A DNA stretch of 64,000 bases from Paraspadella gotoi (taxonomy: Eukaryota > Animalia > Chaetognatha): assembly GCA_051294375.1 (NCBI GenBank), contig CM119271.1, forward strand, positions 14,514,770-14,578,769, in the 5' to 3' direction. Made by a program: the position numbers and the translations under genes. This document shows, piece after piece, positions 24,374 to 38,400 of the stretch. The stretch's first letter is position 1. Each line of letters starts with the position of its first letter. Under the pieces are notes generated by a model, which searched no databases, had not been told where the DNA came from, and was given only the letters and a program-made list of their open reading frames with translations.

Positions 24374-27300
24374 TTAGGCATAAAATATAAGTTCGGGAAT
24401 TTGACCACCCTGAACCCCGGTTCCGTTGGTGCTGTCAGACGAACATTGGAACTGAAAGGTCACGCGGTTTACGTAGGCTTCGCTCATTCCCTCCTGAGAG
24501 AGAGAGGAAAAAAGAGAATTAAGAGTGAATAAAAAGAATAAATGAAATAAAAAATTAAAAGAAAGCGAGGATGAATATCTGACTTGTCCAAAGTAGCTGA
24601 GTTCGGCTCCGTCGAGGATGACGCAGGCCGTGTAGTAAGTGTCGGGTTCGATCTGAATAGGATTCGAGAACCAAACGGGGAAAGTGCTCGACGATCCTGA
24701 ATGGAAATAGAATTAGAAGGAGTTGATGACGATTAAGGATTTTAAAAACAAATTAATAACATAGCAGAACCCTATCGATGTTTTTCTATATCAAACTACT
24801 TAACAATCTATAGCAGAAGAGAAACGGCGGCCTTGACTCGTCGAAGCCTCTTTCTGGACCAATTTCACAACGATTCAACCGCGAGGCGATATCGGCGGCA
24901 ATGTTCGTTCTTACCGTCCGATTTAAAGCTCGTCTCTCGCTCGCCGACGACGACGCCGCTCCGCTTCAACTCGATGCGGACGACGTATTCCGCGGCGCCG
25001 TTGGAGGATCCGTATAGGCCGAAACCCGCGATGAAGATGCGCTTATCGACGGCGAATTGAATGGCGTCGCATCGACCTCTGCCGGGGAATTATGTCGTAG
25101 TATTCATCAGTAACGAGCTCGTAGACGAAATTGTCAATTATTTCATACGAAATTGTACCTGTAACGCCATTGATTGCTCCGATAGGCCGACGACTGAAAC
25201 CGGTGGCAACATTGAGGCAACAACCCTGAACGAAATACAAATTTTTAATTCCTTTATGGAATATTAANNNNNNNNNNGTGGCGAGGCGGACCGATATGAG
25301 AATTAGTAATACTCTTTCCCCCCCCCCACGAATCATAAAATTATTAGGGATATATGGATTTATTATGGATTTATTAGGGATTTACCCTTTCTCTTCGACA
25401 CAGGAAAAAGAAGGTTGGGCTTTTTCTGCGCAGTGAAGTAAAGAAAAATCTCGTTGGTTTCTTCTAAAGTGAGAATTTCGGATTGGGCCGCGCCATTGGC
25501 GAATTCTTAGTTTCGGGGGAAAAAAAAAAGACGAAAATCAAAAGTAGAAAATTAATAAGTTAGTGGCAGAATAAATGAATATTTCATCGACTCTTCCAAC
25601 CTTCCAACGACATGGCGGGAATCCGCAGCAGCAGCAGGGCATCGCCGAGGACGGTCCGCCGATTGGCCGGCGTCGGCTCTAACTCTTGACGTCCGCACTC
25701 CGCCTCAGCCCATCGACAGGCGCACTCGAATATCACGTGCTCCTGAGCGTTAAGCGTCTCTCTGGAGAGCGAGAGAGAGAGAAATGACGATTAGTAAAGA
25801 GAGTAAAGAAGAGAAAGAAAGAAAGGCAGCGTGGAGACCGCCAACCTGGCGAGCACAGTCTTCAGAGTCTCGAAGTCGATGTCCGCGAATCCGTCGGAGG
25901 TCAGCGCCTCTTCCGCCTGCGCGTCGATCACTTCCCAGCATCGCTGCATCAGTTCCGGTTCCTCGAACAGACGGCTTTGACTGAGAAGGACGCAAGCGTT
26001 CTTGGCGGAGAGCGACGTCTCCAGGAATCGAACGCAGGACCTCGCCAGATGGGGGACGATGTATTTCTTGGCGGCGTAGAGGACGGCCAACACCGTGTCC
26101 GCCTCGAGATCGATCTCGTCGCAGTAGAGATACTTGAGGAGAACCATGAAGGCGACCGGCTCCACGTCGGGGATTTCGATCTCTTCGCTGCGAGAGACGA
26201 AGAAGAAGCGAGGGTGAGGCAATCGAGTCGTCGAGGTAAGTATATTTGGGATCCTACCTGTTGGAGGCCAGCCCCCCGAAAAACATGGCGTAGAAAACGG
26301 AGCTACCGATGGACAGGACGTACTTGTGCGCTGGAACTCGGAGTTTGTTCTCTTGACCTGTCGATGAGAACATCATTTTAGGAAAGGGAAGGCGGATAAA
26401 GAAAAAAATTACGCATTCATGAGATTAAAAGAAATATTTTGATAAGTATTCCCTCACCTATGAGGAAGTTAATGTCAGCCATGTGCTCGTTGTTGAGTAA
26501 AACCGCGTTTCTCTCCCTCACCGAACATTTGCTGGCCTGGAAAAGAAATTTTATGCACATAGTGCTAATTAACTGAATATATTTCAACTTATTAAAACTA
26601 TCAATCCTTTCTTCAATACCCTATGGCTGACCTGCCAGTTGTGTTCGGGCGGGGAATTGACGGAGAGGGAAAAAGTGGAGCCTTGAAACGAAGATAGACC
26701 TCCGTAGGGAGTCAGCGAGAAAACACTGGGAAAGAGAAAAGAATATCCAGTCAGTGTCATACCCTAAAAATACATCAGTCCTACTTATTAAAAAAGTCCC
26801 CTTTACCTGGGCGACGGGAGATTCGGATGCGTCGTCGTCGTCTTGACGGGCGACTCCGGCGAACGCAAGACTCCGCCGGTTGCGTCGTCGTCCTCCTCGA
26901 CGTTGGCCGAAGAGATCGAGGGACCACATCGAAGGGCGCAGGTCGACGAGCAAGACGATCTGAAGATTCATAGAAAGAAATGTGACCATATCAAAACTGA
27001 AAGAGTTATTTTTTAAAATCAAATAACCACAAACCTGTGGGTGGAATCGGCGCCGGGCACCTCGAGGTTTTCGAAGGGCGGCAGAAAAAGCGCCGAGCGG
27101 TTGGGGCCGCCTCGAACCGGCGAGGCGGCGGGGCCGACTTCCGAGACAAAGTCGGCGGCGGCGGATGCGGACGAGGAACTCGACCGGTCGGCGGCGAATA
27201 CGGCGTCGTCGTCTAAACTGTTATCGCCCTCGACGGCGACGCCGCCGACTCGGCGTGTCCCGCTGTCCGGACGTGGCATTTGTGACGCTGGCGTCGAGGA

Positions 27301-29278
27301 TTCCGGGCGAATTACTGGCGGACGACGCCGGTCCGAACGCGACGGCGACGAAGGCGCCGCGCTAGAGCGAGGGAAGAGTTGATGGCGTCCGGAAGAAGAG
27401 GCGTGACTGGAAGAGACGCTTTGGCCGCAAAATTGCCGCAGGAAAAAAAAAGGTAAAAATTGAAATAAACACTTTAATGCAAACCTTACTACGAAGTTAC
27501 GTTTGAGTCGATTCTTCTGAAACTTGAAACTAATACGATTTCAATGAAAAAAAAATTTCCTATCTCTATCTCATTTGCATATTGTCGTTATTTGATCAAA
27601 TACTTAAGACATGTGATTCTGTTTATATTATTAGATTTACTACAAGAAATAACATTAATCATACAAATAGCAAATAAATAGATTACTATTCACTTACTGA
27701 TACACTAGAGTGGGTATTCCCAGAACATTATTCATTATTAATGTTAATATTATTGTTTATACTAATATATTATATAATTATATATTAATATATATAGGAG
27801 TTATTATTATTATTACGATTTTTTGGAAAAATAAAACAAGAATAAGAAATTTATCAGTTTTTTAATGCATCAAATTGAACTATAAAGAATTTTATTTCTA
27901 AGATCTACTGTTCGAAAAAATTTAGTTCTCAAAAGAATAGTCGCATTCTTAAATGATTGAAAAATTTTAACCTTGTTTTGACTATAGTGGTAGTTTTCAT
28001 GCAATCTTTAACTTTGTGTTGTCTTAAGTTAGGGCCCAACTCCGGAGATAATATAAAATTTCGACTATTAGTTAAGTCTTAGCTTTTTTGAAGCTCATGT
28101 ATGTACTGAATCAAACTCGTTGAATTCGAAATAAAACGCATATATAATTCGTGCATCGCATGATAAAAACAAGATAGTATGGCAACAGCCGGGTTGCCTG
28201 TGATGCCCATTGGATGGGGCATCTCACTGTTGGCTTTGGGGGCTTCCGACCCTCAGTGACGCATCCAGTCACTGGCGCGGTTACCCTAGGACGGTCTCGC
28301 TTTGCCAACGCAGAGGAAGTCGTTAGGACTGTGATGGAACACTACGCCTGGGATGGTGTGTTCCCCCTCTGAGCCAATGGATTTGGCTGAAGGATGATGG
28401 ACGTGAGGCGGTGTGAATATACCGCCACAGGATCCCCGGGCCAAGACATCACTCAGGTTCCTCAAGCCTGAGAGGTGTCTGACAAGACTGTTACCATAGT
28501 GGGAGAGAGAGAGAGAAAGAGCGCGAGTTGTGGGGGCATAGGCGTTTTTGTCGTAGCGTACCCCAGGGGCATAGGCGTTTGTGTAGCGTACCCAAAGTCG
28601 GCAGGGCATAGGCGTTTGTCGTAGCGTACCCTGAGAAGGTTGCGTGTTCGATAGTAGGGCTCACCACTTATGGCAACAGCCGGGTTGCCTGTGATGCCCA
28701 TTGGGATGGGGCATCTCACTGTTGGCTTTGGGGGCTTCCGACCCTCAGTGACGCATCCAGTCACTGGCGCGGTTACCCTAGGACGGTCTCGCTTTGCCAA
28801 CGCAGAGGGAAGTCGTTAGGACTGTGGATGGAACACTACGCCTGGGATGGTGTGTTCCCCCTCTGGATTTGCTGAAGGATGATGGACGTGAGGCGGTGTG
28901 AATATACCGCAAACAATAGATTGTTTAAATGCTAGTGGTTTAAAAAAAAATAGCTGTTTACCGTGTTCCAGTCTTTTTATGCAGTTGTTGATACCGTTAC
29001 TGTTTTTTTAATTATGTTAATATCGTTTTTGTTATTAATTGATTCATTAAAAAAATTAATATTTATCCTGAAAAAGGATAAAATTTGAAACGCTATTAAT
29101 TATTGATAATGAAAATGAAGCGACCCTTAAATTGTCACCTTTTAGCCTGAGACTGAAACCCGCAGGCGATGGAGATGGCGTGGGGGAGATCATCGACGAG
29201 GGATTCCAGCGAGGAAGGAGGGGAGGGGCGGGAACGAGAAGGGGAGGGGGACGCGCGCGACGGCCTCTCTTCGCTCAT
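24374..29278 (-). CDS. BTBD3: BTB-BACK-PHR protein (BTBD3/BTBD6/lute ortholog), multi-exon
   Basis: PAHKYVLSIGSSVFYAMF; IPDVEPVAFMVLLKYLYCDEIDLEADTVL..QRCWEVIDAQAE; CHRFQSSAYRSNQWRYRGRCDAIQF; NGTGVQGGQIPELIFYA*. First exon 29278-29139 joins 27406 in frame (N-terminus less certain). Confidence 0.94.
28180..28910. mobile_element. TRIM-like element: 317-bp TG..CA unit (28180-28496), short internal region, truncated second copy (28671-28910)
   Basis: Direct repeat with 491-bp period. Unit ends are inverted (TGGCAACAG / CTGTTACCA). Internal region has a (GA)n run and three GGGCATAGGCGTTTGTCGTAGCGTACCC repeats. Confidence 0.65.
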
Positions 29279-29654
29279 GCAAAAAGTCGAAAAGTAGAGA
29301 GTTCGATCAAAACATCTGTAAAAAAAACAAAATTAGGCCATGTTCGTAAAAAAAACAAAAAACAATAAATGAATCTGTCACGAATTAACAATTCAATGTT
29401 GGAGAAAATAGAGAAAAAGATCTGGGAACAATGTCAATGAATCAGAAATACAAATAGTTGGGTACAATGTGGATTATGCTTACTGCTTAGGGATGAAAAA
29501 AATTTTTTTTCGATACATGTCAATGTAAAGAGTTACGATAATGACTATCACAATTCACAAAGAGCAAAACATTTCTCCCCTTGACGAAAAATTCATTGAA
29601 AAGTTGTTGTAAAAAGTTTTGAACTAAACGACAGCTCCGCTCCTCCAGCGGTGT

Positions 29655-31912
29655 TCACCTCGCTCCCGAACCGGCTCCGAAAACCGACTCAGCCTGCGAA
29701 TAACCCAGCTGCGAGTCGATGTCGGGACTCGAACGCCTCGTCGTCTTCATCTTCTTGGATGGAGATTCCGCGAACCTTTCTTCGTGGCGAAGAGGCGAGA
29801 GAGACCTTTTCGTCCTCGTCGGAGGTTCTTCGAAGAGATCGTCCGAATCGTCGCCGATTTCGATCTCCGTCGGCGTCGGTGGATTTCTTTGCGTCAACAG
29901 CAAGAAGTCGTCGTCGTCGCTGTCGTCGTCCTCATCGTCACGAACGACGCCGAAAGTCGATTGTTCGGCCGGCAACGACGATAACGGCGTTTCGGTTCGA
30001 CCGCCCTCCGACGGGGCGGGTTCTGGGCGGGGAGTCGTTCGATTTGGCCGAGTTGACGTCGATGAAGATCCCGCTGTCGAGACGTTTGAGGAGCAAAAGT
30101 TTTCATCGAGAACAAAGTCGAGTCTTTTGTGGTATTCGCGTCCGCGAGATTGAGAAAGTTGGGAGGAAACGACTTCATTTGATTTGTCATTTCCTTGACG
30201 TTGATCTTCCTTATTCTCTTTTTCTGAGTTTCCTTCTTCCGAGAATTCTACCGAGGATCCCTGAGGCAGTTTGGACTTTTTCGAGCCCGCCCCTCGCGCC
30301 TTCGCGATCAACTCGGCGAACTGATCCCGGTGAGTCCGTTCGTATTCCTTCAACACTCTCTCGATCGCCTCAGGTTTCGATGTTTTATTGATGCTTTTCC
30401 CGACGACGGCGACGACGCCGGAAGACGTTCCGGCGTCAGTTGCGACATGAGCGGCGCCCTTTTTGGTCCCTTTCGGAGACGAGAATATCGAGGCCTGTGA
30501 GGCGCCGACACCGGATTCGACGGCGCCGTCCCCCGCAGCCTCCCTTCGCGTCGTCTCTCGCCGCAACTCGGCGTCGCTTTTAGGTCGAACGGCGTCGAGG
30601 TTTGAATTGTGCAGCAGAGTGTAGATGCGATGACGCTGAATGAGTTTTTCTTTTTTCCCGGCGGTGGAGAGTTTCAAGCTCTCGCATCGAGACTTGAGCT
30701 CTTTGATTTGCATGATGTGGTAGTTTAGTTTGGGAAGGGGACGTCTATAGGAAAAAAAAAATGGGGAGGTACAGTTTAACCGAAATGTTCGATAGATTCG
30801 ATTCACCACTCACCTTTCCGCTCTGCTCTCTTGCGTTGGCACTAAAGGTAAAGACGAGTTCCTTCGCCCAGCATCGCCCCCGAAACCAGATCTAATGCTT
30901 TCGCCACCGCCACCAGTTAGGACGCAACCGCCGCCACCGCCTTTACTCCTAGTAACTCTATCCTCGGCGGCGAAGTGTTGATCGACGTGACGAGCCATTT
31001 TCGACTGAGAAACTTTTGCTGAGCAGACGAAGCATCGATCCAAGTCGTCGTCGACTTCGCCGGATTGAGAGGGGACGACGACGGCGTCGAGAATATTCGA
31101 CGAAGAATTCCCGTTCTCGTCCCTCGAATCTAGTTTCGTTTTCGACGGCGCCTTTTTTAACTGGGAAGGCGATGGCGCCTTTCGTCGTTGGGACGGCGAC
31201 GGCGCCTGCTGCAATTGGGTCGACGAAGTCGTCGCCATACAGTCTGTACGAGACGGAGTTTTATTCCGTGCCACTTGCGATAAAGTCGGCGACTTTGAAA
31301 TCCCTTTTCGCGATCGCGAAGAAGTTTTCGAGAGCGCCTTTTCACGTCGGGTCGGCGGAGACCGATCACACGCGCCAGACTTTGTCGATGCTTGGTTCTC
31401 GAGAACAAATCGCAAGAGAAGAGAACGGCCTGTCACCCAGGCTTCCACGACTTTGTTGAGAGTCGCTACTGACCTAAAAGATTAGAATACAAAAAAAAAA
31501 AAAAAAAAAAAAAAAAGCCGTTCTTTTATTTGCCCTCAAATATTAGTTTTTCGAACCCTCGGATTTAAATTCGCACCTAATGCTTGCCTCCGAAGCGGTT
31601 TTCCGGCAAACTGGATTCGGACACTGAGTATCCCCCGCCGCCATCGCCGATCTGAGAACCATTTTGCCAGTTTAAGATAATCAACATTAATCTATCAAGC
31701 GGCACGGTCACCCTCTCTCCCCGACCCCACCTGAGACACAAAGAACAGAAGGCGACGCCGCAACAGGGAAGGGCGACGGCGCCGACGAAAAACTCGGCGC
31801 AGATCGGACACCGCAATTCCCGGTCCACGTCGACGAGAAAGGGGAAAGTCTCCGGAAAATCTTCCGGCGAAGTTAAATCCTCGGGAACCTCAAGTTCTGA
31901 CGCAAGATTCAT
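29655..31912 (-). CDS. RAD18: RAD18 E3 ubiquitin ligase (RING, UBZ, SAP), 4 exons
   Basis: VDRELRCPICAEFF..CCGVAFCSLCLR..QCP (RING); CFVCSAKVSQSKMARHVDQH (UBZ-like); RRPLPKLNYHIM..LKLSTAGKKEKLIQRH..LHNSNLD (SAP region). Confidence 0.9.
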
Positions 31913-32484
31913 CCTTGTCGACTTAGTTTGGCGAAAGACTATGAGCGCCTCTTTTCAAAAATGATCGAACAACGTGGAGCCGCGCAATTTCTTCATAACA
32001 TTAGTTAGTTGTTGATGAGGCTACGATGCGCCGTTTTTTCTCCGTTTAGTTCATTCATCTTCTAAAAAAATTCAATGATTTTTAAAATCCTTTAAAATTA
32101 TTTCTTCCACATCACAGAGACGCTTAGGTCGCCAAAATGGGCGATACAGACCAAGGACGGTCGCAGAAAACGCAAATCTAATGTGATTTTTTTTATTCCA
32201 TATAAAAAGTCTACTCTGCTAATGACCATAGAAAGGAACAACGACTAACGAGGTGTAGAGTTGAATAATTTATGGAGAAATTAATAACTATGACTGCGAT
32301 TTTTTGAGTGTCACACAACTAGCTAACCGCACGATAAAAAAATTCCAAAACCATGAATATAAAACCTAAAAAAAATGTAACAAAACTTCTTACTATAATA
32401 AACTATATGGATTATAGTTCAAAAAAAAAACCTATAAACCAGAGCAATACCCCCATTTGAAAACATTTCTAGTTAAAAACTGTA

Positions 32485-35400
32485 TTAAACTAAAAAGGTT
32501 CTTCCCGAATTCCCGTTGTTCTTCGTCCGATAGAAGACGGAGAGGAAAAGATCGTGAAGACTCGGTTCGATCACAAACTCGTGAGTTTCTTTCTTTTCGG
32601 TGAACGACGACGACGACGTTGTCTCCGTGGAGGGAAGGCGGACGCGGGCCAGGCGACGGGATGTCCACTGGGAGGAGGAGACGAGAAAACATTGTCCACT
32701 TTAAACAAATTTTACAAAAAAATAACCCTAATATTTACTCATAATGATGATAAATATTTTATTCTCTTGATAATATTTGTAAAGGTCGGTGAAACACAAA
32801 GAAAAGAAATCTCAACTCAAAAATTTCGGTTCGCGAACTCAATTTCGTTCCATTAACTTTGACGTTTATTACAAAATTTGAAATAATTTATCGGGGCAAA
32901 ATGTTGTAAAGGTTAGGCGGAGGCTGGAGGCTGGAGGCGGATTTCGACCTAAAAACTTATTACACGCAGTAACTTTTTTCGTGGACAGAAAAAACAGAAA
33001 AGCAACAGATCGAGCAGATCTTTTGTTTTTTTTTACCAGCTGTGCATTCTGCCCAGACAAGTCGTTTTAATGTAAAATGTTTAAGTAGGGAAACTCGTTA
33101 CAAAAATAGGACGAAAACGGTTGTCTTGTCTTCAAAGTTTTACACCGGAAAATATTTATTAGTGTAAAGTAAGGCACTAGCGCGAGAAAATACTTAATAC
33201 TTATTTAAAATATGCAAAAATACAACGCAACAACTCGAAAAGAAAAAGCGGAAAAAATTAGATTGCCACGTCATCAATAAGAGAAATGGGTCTGGAATGG
33301 ACAATGTTGGACATTCGCTTGTCCCTATCTATCTTTCTATCTATCTTACCCTAAAGGCGGTCCTGGCCATCTCGTCCGATGACTGTGATGCGTCGAGTCG
33401 TATTGACGAAGACTCGAGCGTCGAAACGTTGAAGGAAGATTCGTCGAATCTCAGAGACGAAGTCGCCGACGGCCGCGAAGACAGCGCCACGTCTTGGATG
33501 TATTCTGTGGGAGTAAAAAGGAGTTAAGCTCTTCCCCTAACATTTATCAATTGTCTTACCCTTAACAGTCACCAGCAAATCTTTTGAATATTGGCCTCTC
33601 CTTCCCCCATCTTTTTCACTCCATATTAGCCTCTCCTTCTTTTTAGAACTCACCAGCGAGTCTGTTCTTATTTCCCCAATCTTTTCACGCGATATTGGCC
33701 TCTCCCTTCCTTTTAGTACTCACCAGCGAGTCTGTCCTTATTGGCCTCTCTTTCAATCATTTTCACTCCTTAATTTTTTACTCACCAGCGAGTCTCTCTA
33801 TCTCTCTCTATGCTTTTCACTCATTCTTGGCCTCTCATTTTTTTTACTCACCAGCGAGTCTGTCCTTATTGGCCTCTCCCTCTCAATGCTTTTCACTCCT
33901 TCTTGGCCTCTCCTTATTTTTTTACTCACCAGCGAGTCTATCCTTATTGGCCTCTCCCTCTCCCTCCCGCCGCTCGGGTTCGACGAAAATGAGGCTGTCG
34001 TCGTCGTCGAGACTGAAGCAGCGAATGTCCGATATCGCGAAAGCCTACAAAAAATATTAGTATTATTCAAAACATTAGGATTTTAAATTGTTTAACAACA
34101 GTTTGTAAATAAATTCTGGCGACCTGTTGCTGTATGTCCTCAGAATTGGAGACGATGTAAAGGGCGGTAGAAGTGAGGACCAGTTGGCAGGGAATCGATA
34201 GACCGCCTGTTAATGGATAATGTTTAACGGTTTTCTCAGTAATCAATTAATTAATTAATCATATAATTGAAATGGCAGAGTTATTTCTATAATGAGTCGA
34301 ACCGGAATTCGATTTGATGGCCTCGAGAGCAAAAACAACCGAGGACGTGGAAGACGACGACGATTTAAAACGAGGATTGAAAAGCTTCGTCTGGAACTTG
34401 AGAAGGCTGCTCGATCCGAGAGCGGCCTCGCCGCAGATCGGGACGTAGCGCGGCTGAGGTTGGACGCTCAATCCTGCGCCTGAAAAGGATGGCGTTCGAA
34501 TTAGGAGGATCCATTTGGTGCCACAGAATGAAAATCTGAAAGAATTTACCTTGAAGAAGTCCGGCGCCGGTTTGTGCGACCAACTCGGCGGCGCCTCCGA
34601 TCGGCTTCGTCACCACGCCCGCAAGACCTTTGCCCACGCCCTTCACCACGCCGGTGGTCGCCTGGATTGGTAAAGAAGATCAAAGAACAGATTAAAAGAG
34701 AACAGCGCATTTAACTAATCAAAACCGGACCATTTCAAAAAAACCCCTAACCTTTGACCAAGTTGCATGATCTGGATCGCTATTAGCAGCGGCGAAGATG
34801 CCCTGCAGCGGCTGGTCGGCGACGCCGGCGACGGCGCCGAGGATCGAAAGGCCGAAGCCGGTCAAACCTTGGTAGAGGCCGGAAGTGACGCCGACGGGAA
34901 CTTGGCGCCGGAAAAGTTCTTGCCTGAAAATGGAAAGAATGGGTTGAACGAACTAAATAAGAAAATTCTAATATCAACAAGATTATTTAGACTGATTAAA
35001 AATGATCTTAAACCTGGGCAACCAACCAAGAAACAAAAATCATTCAAATGATTAGCATTAAGATTCGCGTATCTGGCCTCCAGATAAACATTTCAAATTA
35101 AATTTTCATTTTAAAGACTTTGGGCGTAATCCTCTTACGATTAATTCTTCTTTTTGTCCAGATTTATATTACTCGTCAACAGTTATCAATTAGGAAACTT
35201 GACGATTCAGAAGAAACCATTTTTTCCTCCTTCCTTCGATCTCCTGCGTGCGATCGAAGGTGGGAATCAAGAAACAAAGGACGCGACTATCGAACTCACC
35301 TGTTCCTGTATTCATCGTCCAGAGAGAGTCGATCCATGTTGCGCGAGACGCTCGACGCGAAGTTCGTCATCGACGTCAACATCCCGCCCGAGACGTGTTT

Positions 35401-38400
35401 GACGAGGGAGGAGCCGCCGGCGGAGACGCCTGAGACGATAACCATTTTTTTAAAAATAGACGATCAACTGTCGATATAAATCAGTCGGGTCACCTTTGAA
35501 AAATTGCCGAGGACCGTTGTTAAGTCCCTGATAGGGCATCTGAACGAGATCGGCGATCCCTTGACCCAAAGAACGGACCAGACCGGTGGGGCTTCCCAGA
35601 AGCTCCAGAGAACCGATGACCCAACCGGCGCGAAATAGGGTTCCTGGGGAATGGAACAATAAGATTACCAAATCGCACCTCGGCCAATTCAAAATAATAG
35701 AAACTGACCGGTGACGTAATGCAAGGCCAAAGCGCGAAGCAGAGTCGGAGCGTCACAACGAACTTCCGTTCTCTCGAAGACCCCGAAGGAAAGCGGGCTG
35801 TGATCGGCGGCGATGTACAGTTTGAGACTCGCGTGAACGCTCAGCAACAGGTGCACCGGGTGCAGCTTCAGACGACCGAGGCGGATCGTCGGCGGCGGCG
35901 AAGGCAACGCCCCGACGGTGGCTGCGGCGGAACTCGAAGGCGGCGTCGGCGGCTGCGGAAGGAAAGACTCGACGACGCGAAAGACGTCGCGGAGAAAGAC
36001 GTCCTCCAAGAATAAGACTGAGGAAGAGGAGGAAGAGGAAGAGAATTTTGACCAATCATCTTCTCGCGATTCCGCTTTACTCAAAACTCACCCACGGGTT
36101 GAGAATAGACTTGAAGATCCGTGATGTCGACAGAGAAACCTCCTCCTCCTCCTGCCGGCGCCCGACGCCGCGGCGCCAACTCGGCGTCGAAACAGAAGAT
36201 CGAAGTCAATTTTTTGTCGAGGAGAAAATCGGAGAAGGATTTCTCGGAAATGGAGGAATGATGCGAGGAGAGGCGCCTGAGAAGGACAATCCATTGATTG
36301 ACAGACTAGCATCGTTTTGACGGAGAGTCGGAACGGGATTGATGCGATTGACGTAAGAAATGTCAGAATATTTCAAGGATAAGAAAAAACCCTTTTCATA
36401 TACATCATAATTAGTGTTGCTCCAATCTAATTAGCATAATGCTGGCAAATCTCGATTCATAATCCTTTCTATAATTCTATTCTGTTGACTATCTCACCCA
36501 TATTTTGATCGATTCTTATTAAAATAGATACGTAATTAATACTAATTAATTAAGCAGATAGAAACCTTACAGACAATATAATCCACGTTTCGACTGCGAC
36601 AAAGATATCATTTAAGAAAACAAATTCGAGGAATTAGTACCGTTTCGCTTTTCGCCGCGTCTCGGACTCAGGCGAATGTTGCGCCATGAAGACGACAGGA
36701 AAGTCGAAGCCTCCGTCGACGACCGCGAGTTGGTTGTCCATCTGAAAGTCGGCGACGGCGAAGAGAAGTCGAGCGGAGGATGTGGAGGCGGACGAGCCGG
36801 AACCGCCCGTCGCACGACGGAACCGGGCGCCCGAAACCGAGGCGCCATTCCGCGTGGGATCGACGGAGCGAGATGAACGAGACGCGCAGAGGAAGATGTC
36901 GTCGAAGGTGAGTCGGACAGCCTCTACAGAGGAACCTGACATCACAAGCACAGAGTAATTGATATCGTTTTGTATATTGTATAATTGATATTACAATTAC
37001 GGGGTTGCATTATGACATTATAAGCCAAATATTTATTTGCCAAATATTTCAAACTGCATTTCACTTCATCTTCATCAGCAGAGCGAAAATATATGAAATT
37101 TCTGTATCGAATCATATTGGTTGTGCCAATTACATTACAGCTAATATCGAATATTTGAAATGGTGAAAATAATTCTTTTTCATCATTAGGTCAGTCTCAT
37201 TTTTCAAATACAGAACTATAAGGAAGGAACTTTTGATACAACCAAGAATGAGATTGAGTTCATCAATCTATTTTGCATATTGTCGTATTGACATTGACTT
37301 GTCATAAATTCTGTTCCTGTGTATCGTTTTAAGGAATAATTATCAGAAAGATACTTGTAGTCACATTTTTACCTAGAAACACGAGCAAAAGGGCAAAGAG
37401 TTGGCGCGAAGTGCTTCGATAACAAGTCGTTTCGGCTGATATAAAGCGCGATTTAGACTTTCTTACAAATTTTATCAATTGACTACAATAAGTAGTGAAA
37501 ATTCTTGCTCCATCAATACCCTATTTAAACTTCTGTAAGCGTTCGGCCACATCAGTTCTTCTCATATCTAACAACTAAAAGTGTAGCAGATTAATTTGTT
37601 TTAGTATTTATTTTATACTATATACTATACAAGTACAATTGTACTGTTGTGAAATATAACTTCAATATTTCTCTCTTCCAAATTATGTAGCATTACTTAT
37701 AAAACTTCAAAAAACAAGGCAGTTAAAAATGTAGAACTTTATTAAACGCATTAATATTAATGGCATTTCATCATTTGCTCATGAATCATTTTCTTCATAT
37801 TAAAAAGAAACGATTAAAAAAATAAATTCCATTGTAACTTTTAAAATAAAAGTTTTTCAGCAAAAACTAAATATACATTATATTTCTCAAATTTCACTCA
37901 AGTACGAGAAGATCTCGATTATAAAATGAAATCAACTACAGCTAATAAGATATCGTTGACGTATAAGTGTAACATTGCAACTCTATAAGCGCTAATTTTC
38001 AATTAGGCGGTTTACGTAAATATTGCATGAGTAAACTGGCCATCTGAGGATTGAGCTGCCGCAACTGGTTCATCTGCGGCGACTGCAAGTTAAGCACTCG
38101 CGCCAAATGAGCAGCCAAGTCATTTTGCTGTTGCATTGACTGTTGAATAGATTGTTGCATCAACTGTCTCATTAAAAGTGCCAATTGTTCCGGAGCAACG
38201 GGGCCAGCCATCATCCCCGGTCTCTGCAAAGAATTTGGGAGCAACGAAGCGATCGCTTGGGGCTGCAACAACATTCGTGTGAGAAGTTGCTGCGCCGGAG
38301 AAGTCTGCGGCGGCGGTTGAGAGGGGAACAGGTTTGGGATTTGTGGAGGGGAGCGAACGCCGGCGGTAGGACGCGACGAAGCGGTCAAGTCTGAAGACGA

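Noticed and set aside
25090-25280. Minus-strand CTGATGA near 25105 and suspected missing BTBD exon at the N gap
   Set aside because: No GAAA or stem II follows the motif; the expected CHRFQSSAYRSNQWRY exon is present at ~25159-25226, so the gap is intronic.
28530-28635. Three ~28-bp repeats resembling a CRISPR array
   Set aside because: Spacers only 1-11 bp, eukaryotic intron, no cas genes.
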